A program made the translations under genes and the position numbers. A DNA stretch of 64,000 bases from Anolis carolinensis (Eukaryota): contig NC_085844.1 in assembly GCF_035594765.1 (NCBI RefSeq), positions 160,658,107 to 160,722,106 on the forward strand. Reading direction: 5' to 3'. This document shows, one piece after another, positions 23,766 through 37,882 of the stretch (the first letter of the stretch is position 1; each line of letters begins with the position of its first letter). Under the pieces are notes generated by a model. It was not told where the DNA came from and ran no database searches. It saw only the letters and a list, made by a program, of their open reading frames with translations.

Positions 23766-26648
23766 GGCATTCATGAAAAAGAAAGCCATGTGTTTAAGGC
23801 TTGCCCATGGTGGGGGTGAGAAATAAATTCCCAGGAATGAAATTTAACTCCAGCTTAGTGAAATAAAGATAGTGATGATATAGGCTTCAGAGATCAGGAA
23901 AATAAAGAAACAGATGTCTTAGTGGAATACAATTTACTAAAGTAAGAGCATTCTGCAGTTCAGGACTGCTTTCTAAGCTGCTAAAATAAGAAGGTAAGTA
24001 ATATATGCTTCAGGCACTCACAAAGACTATTTGCATAATCAATGTGGCATTGGATCCAACATGTGAAAGGAAGGCCTCTCCTCAGTTGTGAATGACAGCA
24101 GAAAAGAACCTACACCTTTAATAATGAATTCCTTAGCTGTCAAGGTTTTTGACAATACCACAAACAAAACCTGGATATATTTTCTTGATAAATGAGCATG
24201 GCCACATCTGTGAATGCACTTGGAGCTTGAAAGCATATCCTTAAGTACTGAAAAGGTCTTTCAGTGGGTAACATTGTGTGGCTTTCAGTCTTAATGATGC
24301 CACCAGAAAAGAATGACGTGAGGAACTGAAATCACTCAAAGACAAAATAGCTTATGGGAGGAAAATAACCAAAAGAAAAAATAACTCACTTTCCCATTTC
24401 CTCAGAGCCCCAAAATGTCAAGGGCAATTAGGGGTCCCTCAATAAATACAGGCACCATGAATAGATGTTCCATACACAGATGAACCAAGTGGATTTGCTG
24501 TGCTATGCTGCTTCCACCGGTTGTGAGTGAAGGGTGTGTGAAAAGGTCATCGAAAATAAGCAGAGCGCAGCAGGATGTTGATAATTTTTGTTGTTGCTGC
24601 TGGTTTCAAGATTTCCTTTCTTTTCCTTTTAAAAGGAGAGGAGGTTTGTCCATAATGCCATTTTTTCTGGGCTTTGAAAACAGTAACAACACAAAACAGT
24701 TCTTTGCAAAGATAAATTTAAATGCCAGAATGAAAACAGAGTCAGAGATTAAAAGGAAGATTCGTCAGTAGTGCTATGAGAAGAGGTCCCCAAACACCCA
24801 CACATTTCTTTTGTGGCATGGACACCTTAAAATGCCTTTTTTTTCCTTTTGAAAATATATTCGTAAAATTACATGTCATTTACTTTTTTTTACAGTCTTC
24901 AGGGTGAAGATTTCATCTAGTAAGTAATTAGACATTCAAAAGGGTGAAGGATGCAAATCGTAACTATTTTTCATACAGAGTGAGAGAATAATACAGCAAA
25001 ATCTTTAGTGAACTATTTAACAGTCCAGTTGTGGAGATTCATACAGGAATAGCTCAAAGCAATGTATAGACAGGGCAGAATACCGTCATCTAAAACTGTT
25101 GCTGCTTTCATTTGTGTGTGTGTGTGTCATGTTTGATTTTCACTTCACGATCTACGATTGATTCCCTTTCCATTGTATAAAAGGTAAAAATATTATAAGA
25201 AGAATAGCTCTCATTGATGCAGGTTCTCAGCCATCATTTTCTGATGCACATTGAATGAATTGGTTTTCTTTAAAAAAGAAGTCTTTGTGTCATGATGATA
25301 GAATTGGAAGGAGAAACAGTGCACCTTTTTCTTTCTCTGACTGCTTTTACTTTTTTCACACCTTCTGCATTTTAAGAATTACTTTGCAAGAGACTGGAAA
25401 TAGAGAAGCTTCAGAGCCTTAAAACTTACACATCGAAAAGGTCTGCTTCATATGTGAATTCATCTCTAAATATATTATACTTGTTCAAACATATTGATTT
25501 TGTACCGGTGTGAAAGAATACAGGCTTTTCATTTAGAGCCAACATGCTGCAATGCTTTGGTGGTGGATAACTTTGGAGACAAGGTTTTACATCCTTACTT
25601 ACCCATGGAAATCCACTGGGTGACCCCCGGCAAGTCACATTCTGTCAGAGGAAAGCAAAAGGCAAAATGATTCAGAAAAAAAATTGCCAAGAAAATGCCT
25701 TGATAAATTGACCTTAGGTTCACCATAAGTCAGAAAAACTTGAAGATACATAACAACAAATGGACAAATATAGATTGAAAGGATATCCTTAAGTACTGAG
25801 GGATACTTAAAAAAAAAAGTCTGGTGTGATCATATCAGGCTATATAAGAAAATATGTATTTGGATGTGATAAAAGATTACATTTGCAGTTGGTATGCTAA
25901 AACAAATGAGCATTCAGAATGTATTTCTCTTCTGTAGGTAAGGTTAGTGTAGATCAAAGCTACTTAAAATGTTTTTCACCCCTTTTCAGCCCAGGAACTT
26001 TGCGTGACCCCAGAAATATAGGCACTGTATATAAACTAGGAATAAAAACCAAACATTCACTGATATTAATTCAACATTTGCAAGGTTTGTTAAACATGCT
26101 GCTTTTTATAAAGTACAGCTAAAGCATATTCTACACTGTAAACATGCACATTGTTGCTAACAGATTTGTGTAAATGGGTTTTATTCAGAAACCTTTTACT
26201 GTGGCCACATTTTTCATGATCCCAACGTTGAGTAAAAGGGGGAGCCCATGTGGTGTTGCAGCTGACAGTTTTAAGCAGCAGTGGTGTAGATGAATATTCA
26301 CCGAGTGTGAGGTACATAATGTGCATCAATTGATCTCAACCATCATACTTGCAGATTATAAATGTTGCAGATAAATGTTACTGCATTTTCTTTCATACTA
26401 AAAATAGAATTGCATATGTTTCCTTGCATTTGATGGATTGGTCAAAGTAACTAGCTTAAGCGTATTTGGATACCTTATGACAGCCTACCAACTTGCAAAT
26501 GACCATCTGATTAAATTTGATTGGGGGCAATTAATGCTATATTATTCTCTGCATTTATGAATGCATGCTGGCAATGGATATCATCTTCCCTTCCCATTAT
26601 GCATTGTCTCTTACAGGATGTAAAATCTGCAAGCAGATTTAGGTCAAG

Positions 26649-26876
26649 TCATAGAATCATACGAGTTGGAAAAGACCACAAGGGCCATCCTATCCAACAT
26701 CTGCCATACAGGAACATACCATCAAAGCACTCCCGATATATGGCCATCTAGCCTTTATTTAAAATTCTCCAAAGCAGACACTCCACCATATTCAAAGGCA
26801 GCATATTCCCTAGTCAAAGAGTGCTAACAAACAAAAAGTTCTTCCTAATGTTTTGGTGGAATCTCTTTCCCTGTAG
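26649..26876 (-). mobile_element. Old CR1 3' fragment
   Basis: tcatagaatcat tail and degraded similarity to the CR1 end at 37883. Confidence 0.65.
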
Positions 26877-27277
26877 AATTCGGTGGGACTTACATTATAT
26901 GCTCATGTATAAGTTTTACCTCATGTATAAATCAAGGGCAAGTTGGGAATTTTGATACAACCCATGAAGAAGTCAAGAGTAACTTTGGAAAGAGGGGAAA
27001 ACCAGCTGCCATTTTCTAACTCAGGCATTCAAAAAGGCCAGAAGCAGCAACAACAAGGAGGGTAGATGGGTTGCTACTTATTTTAGCTTCTTCCAGAACA
27101 AACTAAGCTTTTTCTTTTGCCACTCTACTCAGAGAAAGAAATGGTTCCTTTCTGGATAAGATTTGAGATACAATACTCGCATTGACGTGAGTATATGAGG
27201 TAAGCTCAGAAATTCTGGTAATTAGAATGGCAGCCTTAGAGATGTGTGTGTGAGAATAAGAAAAAGAGAGGGAGAGG

Positions 27278-27336
27278 ATGTATGTATGTATGTATGTATG
27301 TATGTATGTATGTATGTGATGAGATGAGATGAGATG
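27278..27336. repeat. (TATG)n plus (GAGAT)n microsatellite
   Basis: Direct observation. Confidence 0.9.
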
Positions 27337-29068
27337 TGTCCTAATAGGTCTATAGCAGAAGCACGATAAAACTAATCTGAAATGCAGGGGGGGGGGGGCA
27401 AGCTATAAAGACTCCTTTAAGTGTTAAACTTAGTGGTGGGATGCACATCTGGAGTGCATTAGGTGATGAAGTGACACTCACAGCTGGGCTTTATGTACAC
27501 CAGAGTCATAAACAGTTACATTTATGCTCTGCTTTGAAAGTGTGATCCTGGGAAAGGAAAATAATGTTTCTTCCCAAACATGAACAGTGAACTGCAGCCT
27601 AACTATGAGTTCTTACTTTACCATCTCTCACCATCTGATTGACCTGCAATCTTTTACTTCATTTAATGAAGCTATTAAAGCAAGTGACTGCTCAAGATAA
27701 TTCCAATGCAATGTTATACTTGCTTTCCCTTTTCTTTCTTTTTCTTTCTTTCTAAAGCAATCTTTTTTTAAGGGTAAAGGGTATCAGTGGAGACCCAGAG
27801 GTCATAATAATGTAGACATATCATTGTCGCTTACAGGTCATATAATCTCTGATTAATTCATAGTTCAGGTCCCCATTGTGTACACACATTCCCTGATTAA
27901 CTAAACTCATAATGGAGAAAACCCAAATCAGCTTGAAAGTCGTTGTTTCTCATCTATACATTCTGGGCAGAAGCAGATTATCTATTAACAGCCACATCTT
28001 CAGCATGCAACTAGATTGTATTCATGTGGGATGACAAGAAGAATGTAGTGGATGGATGGAGCATTATTATCCTTTATGTTTCCCCATTCTTCCTGGAAAA
28101 TGTCATCCCTAGCTATTTTCCTCCCTATGATATCTCTTCTGGATTTGGAACCAAGTGGAAATATGGAAATTTCTTCCAGTTGGTGAACTGATTTATCAGT
28201 TGGCCTCTGCTTTCTATGGTGGGTGGCATGGATGCCTGATATATCTGTTTTTGAAGACTTATTAAAATAATTATTCCTTCTGGAATAATATGCCTTGTTT
28301 ACACCAATCTCAAGCAGTATCACCCAGGGGTGTAATTCTATGCTTATTTCATTCTTGAAGGGAACAATCACGTTCTTTAGCTGTTTTATTATCTATGCAA
28401 GAAAGGCTACACAATTTCCAGAAAGTATTCACAGTTTGGGATTTATGTGCAAAATTTGCATATTTCTGTGCATAAAATACTATTTTAGCGACCTATTATG
28501 TGTAAAGTGTCAATGTGTATTTTTCCCCAGCAACAGCATTCTCTATGCATGACCCAATATTTCTGAGCAGACACACAGAAAATGTGAAAATTCTTGTCAG
28601 TCCAGTATTCTTGTCAGAGCTTCTTGGCATTCAAAAAACACATTTTTCCAAAATTTTCTCAAAAATTTTCAAAGGTTATTTCCACTACTTTGGTAACCTC
28701 ATGCACCAGGTCCCATATCCTCTGTCCCTCTATTTTAAAAAATCCCATTTTAGGTTGTATCAGTGATAGTAGATTTTCACCTGTGCTGTATTCAATGGGA
28801 GCAATTAGTGAGCTGTGAGTAAAAGTGAATTTTCTTTTCCCCGCCACACACACACACACCAGAATGAGAGTTTATTGGAAAAGACCCCCAAAGGCAGTCC
28901 AGTCCAGTCCAAGCCCCTTTATCCAGGCAGGAAGATACAGTCAAAGCACCACAGATGGTTATCCAGTCTCTGTTTAAAAACATCAAGAGCTGTTTAATCA
29001 CTACAGAAGTGAAGTGCTGGCGTGTTCAAGTGCAAGTACAATTTTAACTTTTATTATTTGCATAATTT

Positions 29069-29149
29069 CATAGAATCATAGAATTAGAAGAGACCACATG
29101 GGCCATCTAGTCCAAACCCCTGCCATGCAGGAAAAGCACAATCAAAGCA
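29069..29149 (-). mobile_element. Short CR1 3' end fragment
   Basis: catagaatcatagaattagaagagaccacatgggccatctagtccaa matches the CR1 tail. Confidence 0.7.
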
Positions 29150-29546
29150 TGTGCTTTTGGATCAGCATAGAGGAAACAACACAAGAATCAAGTGTAGTAC
29201 TTAAAAAGTGTACAGGAAAAATGTCCAAACCCTGTTTATACAGTCAAGATTCTGTATTACTTATGTATCTCATACACATACACATATGTATACACACACA
29301 CACACACACACAATTACTAGGGTGTGCAAAACTTTGTTTGTAATTTGTTTTTCAGATCTATTACGTAACATTTATACATGCGACACAATATTAAGAAATG
29401 CAAGGGGCCCCATGCAAAAAAAAAAAAAAGTTTCAAAACACTGACCTATGTCTTTAGGATTAGTTATGTAAGTCTCGTAAATGCCTCTAGGTCTCCATAA
29501 CTGGCGCTGCTTCTCCCCCAAAAGGGTCCCAAGGATGGTGAGGATG

Positions 29547-30434
29547 TGTCAGGACCCAGGCTGCAGAGCACCAATAACCATGCGCAGAGACCAGAATCTA
29601 ATATCTTTATTAAGGAAATATATAAAGTCAATAAAAACAAGTGTGGAAAATAGTTCAGTAGTAGACCTTTCAGGAAAGGTCAAATATAGTCCAGAGAAAT
29701 AATGTCCAATATGTGATATTAGAGTCCAAAGTTATAATCCAATAACCGAAACACACACTTTGCCAAGCAAAGTGTGGGGAAATGACAAGGTCCTTAGGTC
29801 CATAGAAACTTGACAATCAGGCTGGAAAGCAAACTTGATACTTGGCTAGAACAAGACTTGAAACAAGGCAACAAGAGTAAACAAGATCCGTGGCAAACGC
29901 GGGACAAGGCAAGGCTGGAAACTTGATCCGTGGGCAAACGCGGGACAAGGCAAGGCTGGAAACTTGGTCCGGGGAACAGGAAACTGGAGTACGAAGTCTA
30001 CACACGATCTCACTCCTCCAGCTGACGAATTGACTCCGCAAGGATTTCTTTGCGGGCAAACACCTATATAGGATCTTGTTTTCCCGCCAAGGAACACTTT
30101 CCCTGGGGAACAAGAAACGAAACCCATACTGTGTCCAGATGCATGACTCCTTAAAGTTTCCCAAGGGAAACAGACTTAATCAGCTAATTGTCTGGCAGCT
30201 ATCCTGGCGCTCCTGCGAGTCGCCTCCCGAGCGCTTCTATCTTGATTATAATAATCCCGGCGAGAAAATGGGGGAGATTTCTGCTCAAGGCTTGTTTGGC
30301 TGACTTCTTGTGGCCAAACATCTTGCAGGTGCAAGGGCTCCAATTCTGGCTGAAACGGTGGAAAACCCAAGTTTTCCTCTTCATCTGCCACAATAGTACT
30401 AGGAACGGGACTACATGGCCCATGAGTCATCACA
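29547..30434 (-). mobile_element. Solo LTR (888 bp, probably Gypsy-like)
   Basis: TG..CA termini, perfect 5-bp TSD GGATG (29542-29546, 30435-30439), TATA-like and AATAAA on the minus strand, internal ~41-bp tandem duplication. Superfamily is inferred. Confidence 0.85.
30176..30430 (-). CDS. Putative 84-aa ORF inside the solo LTR (acidic N-half, RRSARIAAR C-terminal motif)
   Basis: ATG at LTR position 5; MTHGPCSPVPSTIVADEEENL...EATRRSARIAARQLAD*. Coding status unproven. Confidence 0.35.
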   Translation of the reverse strand: MTHGPCSPVPSTIVADEEENLGFPPFQPELEPLHLQDVWPQEVSQTSLEQKSPPFSRRDYYNQDRSAREATRRSARIAARQLAD

Positions 30435-31451
30435 GGATGGAGTGGAGGAAGAAGCTCTGCTTTTTCCACAAAGGGGGCAGCAAGGGATGGCCAGGCAAGG
30501 AAAAAGTCCCTCCAGCACATTGCTGGCCTAGAGAGAGAGTCAGAAACCACACTCACATTGAAGCTTTAACATAGAAAGCAGAATTCTGAGAAATGTAGTT
30601 TAGGGCAGGGCTTTTCAAATTATCTGGTGCTGCTGAGCTGGAGGCAATGTAGTACCTGTGTTTTAAAAGTAACTTCTCCAACCTGGAGAGGGAAACCCAA
30701 GCACTTTAATGCAAGAAGCAAGCAGAATTCTGGGAAACATGGTTTAGGGTGGAGATTTTTAATTCTCTGCCACAGGAGTCCTCACCTTCCCAAACTTCAT
30801 TTCCAGAATTCTGCTTGCCACCTTGTGCCGCTGCTGCTGCCGCCGCCACCACCACCTCCTCTTCCTCCTCGTCCCTGAATGTTTTTGTGGGGGGAAACCC
30901 ATATTCATCCTCTAAAAGGGATTTCAAGATAAAAAGTGATTGTTAGGAGTTGAATCAACCCTGTGAGGCAGGCAAAGTTGAGAGGCAGTAACTCTAAATT
31001 TAACCTAGTAGATTTCCTATTGTTGTTGTTGTTGTTATAATTTCAAAGGCTGGATGGGCATCTGTTGGGTGTAGTTTGACAATGTTTTTCCTGCTGGCAG
31101 AAGGGGGTTGGACTCCCCCCCCCCCTTGCACAATCATGCAACCAAAAGTAAAGACGAATTCATTATATTGTTATCGTTATGATACAGACCCCTAGCAATA
31201 TTTAAGAAACACTTTAGAAATGATTATCTGCACCCCCCTAATTTAGTAATGAGTATTAATACATTTTAATTGGTTGCACAGGTCTAATCATTGCACATAT
31301 ATTACAAGGGGTTGGTTTAACCTACAGTTTGCTAGTTAATCTGAACTACCATGTTGCGAAAGATGCATATATAAAAGGCATGTCACCAACATAATTTTTT
31401 TTTGAAAGCTCTGATCTAAACTGTAGAATTAATGCAGTTTGATACAACTTT

Positions 31452-31601
31452 GGGACCTTCCACACAGCCATATAACCCAGAATATCAAGGCAAAAAATCC
31501 CACAATATCTGCTTTGAACTGAGTTATCTGAGTCCACACTGCCAGATATCCCCGTTCAAAGCAGAAAATGTGGGATTTTATTCAGCTGTGTGGCAGGGGC
31601 C
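31452..31601. mobile_element. Harbinger-like MITE nested in a palindromic MITE
   Basis: Imperfect TIRs gggaccttccacacagc / gctgtgtggcaggggcc flanked by ttt on both sides; the host MITE resumes on either side. Confidence 0.65.
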
Positions 31602-32951
31602 TTTAACTGCTGTGAATCAAGGCAATAGAATCATTGGAACTGTTGTTTGACAAGGTCTTTAGCCTTTTCTTTGAAGGAGTGTTCACCAAACTAAAATTCC
31701 CAGAATTCTATCGCATTGAGCCATGGTGGTTAAAGTGGTGTCAAACTGCATTAATTCTACAATGTAGATGCTCCTCTCTTCACAGAGGGCAATTCTTCCC
31801 ATTTCAATATGAAATGTAGCTCTGTGGTTAGGTTTATAATACAAAAATGCTTAATTTTGGCCTGATTGTATCTTTCTATTCCTGAAAGAAATTGCTATCT
31901 TTTCAAGTCTTCCCATTCCCCAGTAATTGTTTAATGGAAACAACGTTGCTGCATAGAACACCAGCTTCTTTCATTTTGAAATTTATCACTAAGGAGCATT
32001 TTAAAAAGAGAAATAATCTGATATGTGCTAGGACTGTATTTCAAGTAATTTTAGTAGGTTACAAAAAATAATTTACTTTTGGTCTTAAACCATTTCAGTT
32101 TTTCTTAAGAGTCTCCAGTTGGCTTTGTCTTGGCAGCATTTACTCAGACTCTGTACAAATCATTTGCATCATTTTCCACACTAATAAACCAATGGCAAAA
32201 GTAGCAGTTTCTGCTAAATAAAAATGTTTATTTTGGATAAAAATCTACGTCAGTCTGCCAAACATATCCAAATGTTAATATCATGTTAACATTCTCCTTG
32301 ATATATTTTCTAGCTCCCTACTGGAAATATAATAAAAAGAGACTTTTAAAGGAACAGTTTCCACATATCTGATTGTGGGACCTGGGTATGAATGAGCTTG
32401 CAGATTTGCAAGTAGTTAACAATTGCAGGATATTTAAAAGGCAAACCAAAACAGTTTTTATAAATATAAATTGCATAATTATTCCTTATTCCTACTTTAA
32501 AGTTTAAGTGAAAATAATAAAAAGTTATTTTTTGTTTGGAAACACATTACCCAAATTAAAATATGTACCAGTACTTTTTGTCTGAAACTCGGGCTTACTT
32601 TGTGAAGTTTCCTGAAAATTTCACGGCTCAAATTCCATATCAATTCGTCCAGATGTAGGTAATAAAACTACAAACCATGGCTGGAATTCACAATTTCAGC
32701 TAAAAATGTGTAACCTAGAGTTATACATCTGTAACTGATGTGTATTCATGATCCCTCCACATTCACTATTATATCAATAGCATAGGAAATATTTTGGAAT
32801 CATGGATGGATGTCCTTCTATTGTCTGGGACACAGCAGACTGATGTTTCCAACTTTCTCTTGTGATCCATCTCCTGTGCAATGAGGAATTATAACAAGGA
32901 TCCTGTTATTGAATGTTGCATGGAGATCATTGGTAGAAGGGAGTGCTAGAG

Positions 32952-33651
32952 CAGTGATTCCCAAAGTGGGCGCTACCGCCCCCTGGTGGGCACTGCAGCC
33001 ATCCAGGGGGCGGTGATGGCACCTATTAGGACATGGGGGCGGGGCCAGGGGAGGGGTGTGGCTTCTTCCTGAGAGTCCGAGACAGGGCTGAGAATCTATA
33101 CCTCTCCTGAGGTGCTTGTTGGGACACAGAGGGTGGAGCTAGGGAAGGGGCGGGGCCTCCTTCCAAGAGCCTGAGACAGGGCTGAGCCTCTATACCTCTC
33201 CTGAGAGGCCTTTTAGGACTAAAGTGCAGGGGTAGGGGTGGGGACAGGGCCTCTTCCCAAGAGCACAAAACAGGGCTGAGCCTCTGTATACCTCCCCTGA
33301 GGAGCTTGTTAGAACATGGGGGCAAGGTATAGAGGTTCAGCCCCATCAGGCACTTGGAAAGAGCCCCCGCCCCCTCCTCTAGCCCCACCCCCTGTGTCCT
33401 GGTATGCACCACAGGACAGGGATAGAAGCTCAGCCCTGCCTCTGAGCCCATCCCAGTCCTGGCTGCCCATTTGTGGTCCTGCCCACCTCCCCCTCCCAGC
33501 CATGCTTTTTGTACTAGGGGAGAGGCTCAGCCCCGCCCTCTTGAGCAGGAGTCACACCAACCCCTCTAAGCCATGCCCCCCTTCCAGGAGGCGCTGAGTA
33601 ATATTTTTTCTGGAAAGGGGGTGGCAGGCCAAATAAGTTTGGGAACCACTG
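32952..33651. mobile_element. hAT non-autonomous element
   Basis: TIRs cagtgattcccaaa / tttgggaaccactg and perfect 8-bp TSD TGCTAGAG; GC-rich repetitive interior. Confidence 0.9.
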
Positions 33652-34007
33652 TGCTAGAGGAATATCATTATCCTATGTCCCTATTGGCAGGAGAACAGAC
33701 TTCCATCTCTCAAAGTGGTTGATATCTGGTTAGGCAGGATGAGGTGGGACTGGACTAGGAGATGCTGTTTATTTAAGGATATTATTTAAGGATATTTATC
33801 TAGTTGTACTTGCCTAGGGGTGAATCATAATGTAGAATTTATGCAGTTTGACATCACTTAATCTGCCTTAGTTCAATGCTATGGAATCCTCAGAGTTGCA
33901 GTTCTACAAGGTATTTAGTCTCTTCTGCCAAAGAGTGCTGGTGTCTCACCAAACTGCAACTCCTAGAATTCCATAGCATTAAGCAATGATAATTAAAATG
34001 GTAACGG

Positions 34008-34131
34008 TTAAAGGTAAAGTTTTTCCGCTGACATTAAGTCTGGGGGTTGGTGTTCATCTCCATTTCTAAGCCGAAGAGCGGATGTTGTTCATAGACACCT
34101 CCAAGATCATGTGGCTGGCATGACTGGCATG
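34008..34131 (-). mobile_element. Sauria SINE 3' fragment
   Basis: Degraded reverse complement of 34291-34431. Confidence 0.75.
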
Positions 34132-34290
34132 GGTAATGTACCTATGATGCTGGTGGGAATTGCAGCAAGTATTTACATTTTATGGACTTTGGACTAATAA
34201 TAATGCCATTTCAAAATATTATTTTCAAGCCGTCATTTGAGTGAATTGTTTCCCAGTTTTAAGAAATTATTAATAAATGTGCTACTAAAA

Positions 34291-34431
34291 GGCGCTCCAT
34301 GCAGTCATGCCGGCCACATGACCTTGGAGATGTCTATGGACAACGCCGGCTCTTCGGCTTAGAAATGGAGATGAGCACCAACCCCAGAGTCGGTCACGAC
34401 TGGACTTAACGTCAGGGGAAACCTTTACCTT
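34291..34431 (+). mobile_element. Sauria SINE 3' fragment
   Basis: gctcttcggcttagaaatggagatgagcacc..gactggacttaacgtcaggggaaacctttacctt. Confidence 0.85.
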
Positions 34432-34440
34432 TTAAAAAAT

Positions 34441-34654
34441 TATTTATTATTTATTTATTTACAGTATTTATATTCCGCCCTTCTCACCCCGAAGGGGACT
34501 CAGGGCGGATCACATTACACATATAAGGCAAACATTCAATGCCATAACATAGAACAGAGACAGAGACAGACGCAAGCACCGGGCTGGCCTCAAACTCATG
34601 ACCTCTTGGTCAAAGTGATTTGTTGCAGCTGGCTGCTAACCAGCCTATGCCACA
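34441..34654 (-). mobile_element. tRNA-derived SINE (short form)
   Basis: Reverse complement of the SINE at 10173-10409. Confidence 0.85.
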
Positions 34655-36042
34655 TAAATTGTTAGTGACATGACAACCCCCTCCCCCCAATACACACATA
34701 ATTAAACAAGTAATGCCTACCTATCATAGCTTCATAAGTAGTAATGAAGTAGTAATATATTGGCCCATTTCAGTAACATTTCTAAGCTTTTAGCTGATAT
34801 GATTAGTACATTACACCATAATCTGCATACTTTAACTTAACCATCCCCTGAATTTCACATTTCTCCAAGTGTTGTGGTGCACTTCTTGTTTCTTTACGTG
34901 GGTCTTAAAATAAGAATTTTTAAAAAGAAATGTGTTAACAACTGCATGTCTTTTGAACGGAGGTTCATTGAAATATGCTTTAATTTAACACTGCTAGATG
35001 TAACACAAGAGGAGGCTGCTATAATTTGTTTAGCAAAAGAGGGATTTTAATCAGCTGTGACTTATATGACAACAATATGAAATTCCTTCTTCCTCCCAAC
35101 TGGTTAAACTTTGTGCTGTTTTCCCCCTGCAATCCTATTTTAGTTGAAAGTTTTCATGCAGAATTGAATAAAGGGTTTAATACAGGATTCCATACAGATT
35201 TCATATACTTACAGATGAATGATGAAATGGATCAAAATGAACCTCTGGGTGAACACATGAAACATAAACAGAGTTGATTGATTCACTCATTCCTACTTTC
35301 ATGACTCATTTCCCAAAGTACAGATTTAAAGATGCTCAAAATTTAATAAAAGCAGAACTAGCTTGCTTGAAAATAGGGCCATAACTCAAAATAGTAACAA
35401 GGATAGTGATAACCTGAACAAGTAGACATTCATAGATAGGGTGATTCAGCAGTATGCAGTAATATAAATTGTATGGGGAATTAGTCAGCCATTGCTACCA
35501 TATCATTTTTCTTTCAACAACACATTTAATGGTTAACAAACTCAATTTCCCCCATAGGTTTATGTAAATCTAGACCTGAAAAGACCTTCCTTTCAGTAAA
35601 GCATCACATTGTCAAATGCATTACAGATGGTCATTGACCTCAATAGCTCTCACTGCAGTTATGTCTAGAGAAGACTATACTGTATATAAGAATTCATTTT
35701 CAACTGAAGAATGGAGGACCTAACTGAAAATCGTTGACCAATCACACATTCCTAATGCAACTGCAATGGACTTGATTACAGATCAAGCTCTGTGGGGACT
35801 CTCATGTTATTTCAAGTGGTGCCTAAGCAGCAGTCTTACTGAAAAAATAACTGATCAAACCATTACCTGCCTGTCAGTTTCAAACAAAAAAAGGAAAAAA
35901 TACTTTCTCTACTTTTAAAACTCTCTCCTGCTGATCTATTACATGGAGTTTGTTCTAGGACAAAAAAAAAAAAAAAAAAACAGTCAATGGATAGGACACA
36001 GAAGAAAGTCTTGTATGGAACATCTACATTCAAAACTGTCAG

Positions 36043-36358
36043 AGGATGTTATCCCATGGGTGGGAGGGAAGTGGGGAAAAGCAGGGGAAAGCATTTGGAA
36101 GAGTAGGGACTCACCTTACCCCGGCAAAGTTCATCTTCAGGGATGGCCAACCATCCCACATGCTTTCACCATCTTTTCCCTACCCCACCCCCTTTTCTTC
36201 AATTAGTCTTCTCTCAGTTTTCACATGCTGGCAAGATGGATTCCCACGGCAGCCACCAGAAGTGGCAGTGCATCATGGGATGACCTCTGTGGGACTCAAT
36301 TTTACCAGCATGTGAAAACAGAGAGAAAATGGGGTAAACTTATATGGGATAAGGTCCT
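36043..36358. mobile_element. Possible MITE
   Basis: Imperfect inverted ends aggatgttatccca / tgggataaggtcct. Confidence 0.35.
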
Positions 36359-37882
36359 AAGAAATCTGTAAATTGGACCTATAGCAGAGTATTAAATTGA
36401 AATCCTGTTAGTTTGTTAAAGTGTTAGTTGCCATTCTGGAGTGCTTTTCCTTAAACATTATTTTTCAACAATGCCTGCAATATAGAAATGTGCAAAGTGG
36501 CTGATATCCAATTAGTAATTTGTTTCAGAGATTCAGATGACTCTCGCTTTGCTTTGTAAAAATCATAGAGGTCCTGTTTCGTTTTGTAATCCAAATCTCC
36601 GAAGCTTCATAATTAAATCTCTCTCCTACTAACTCCACAAATAAACACATATGCTGAGGGGAGGACACCAGCTTTGCAGAAAGTCATGTGATTGGCTGAC
36701 AAGGAAAAAATCAGCATGCAGCTGCTGTTGTCAGTCATTTCAGCCCCCTCGACACCTCCCACCCAAACCATTACAGAGTATGTTATATTGAAAGAAACAC
36801 AGCTTGAAACATTCTGAAACAACAAATTTTAACTAATATCTCCAAAATGTTTTGAAGGCTTCCATTTTGGAGGGATCCTATTCCGATTAGTAATTTGGAA
36901 ATTTGAATAAATTAATCATACTAATCTGAATTATGAAATGGACTTCTGAAGCTTTGTACAGCCCTACTGCAATAGAAGTTGCATGAAAATGCAAGGATCC
37001 ACCAGATTGAAAGGAGGAGATCACTGCTTTCTAGGAATAGCACATATGCATCTATGTAGTCTGAGGCTTGGCCCAGGGCAATTCAAAACTTTTTTTCCTA
37101 TAGAAATGAAAAAAAGAAAGTTTCTTGATTTGAAGCAAAAACAGAAATGTCATCCAACCTCAAAATTCCTGAAAGGGTTTAAGGTGCTATTGAATTTTTT
37201 GAGCATTTTTTCAAGAATAAGGATGCATCTGGGATTTTTTGTTTGGTGAGACACCAGAACTATTTGACAGAGAAGACTAAGGAAAACTTTTAAAAACTAT
37301 GAACTCCCTGAGTTCATAGCATTGAGCCATGACAGTTAAAGTATTGTCAAACTGCATTCATTATACAGTGTAGGTGTACCATAAGACTTAAATGGAAGTA
37401 GCTTGATAGCAATCTTTTTTGTGTTAGGCTACCTTCAACTGCTAAACAGTATGTCTACTTGCATTTGCAACAGTCCTATACTCTTTGTGCTGTAAGTTAG
37501 TGTGTTTCTGGCTTTCAGACTGTGTTTATGAAACATACATCAATTCCGTGTTGAGACTTGGAGCTCACCTTCAAGATAACCCACAATGTAGCCATACAAA
37601 TACAGGTATTACCATTTTTTTTAAAAAAAATCCCCAAATCCCAAGCATTTTGGATATGATAATACTATCTAGTTATTATTGACTACATACCTCACAGCAA
37701 AATGGTCAGTCTGTTACCATAGTTAATATCATTATATAATCCAAGATTATAACTCATACAGACATAGACAGAGTTAAGTCCAAACAGCCATGGTCAGAAG
37801 AAAATATCTTCTACCATACTTCTTCAATGGAAAGCCCTATGTCCAAGGCTTCAACGGCCTTTGTGCAAGGACCAACATAAAA

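Noticed and set aside
23534-23770. Poly-Asn ORF
   Set aside because: Translation of the (ATT)n microsatellite.
28000-28371. 123-aa ORF
   Set aside because: Non-ATG start, no homology recognised, no convincing splice context.
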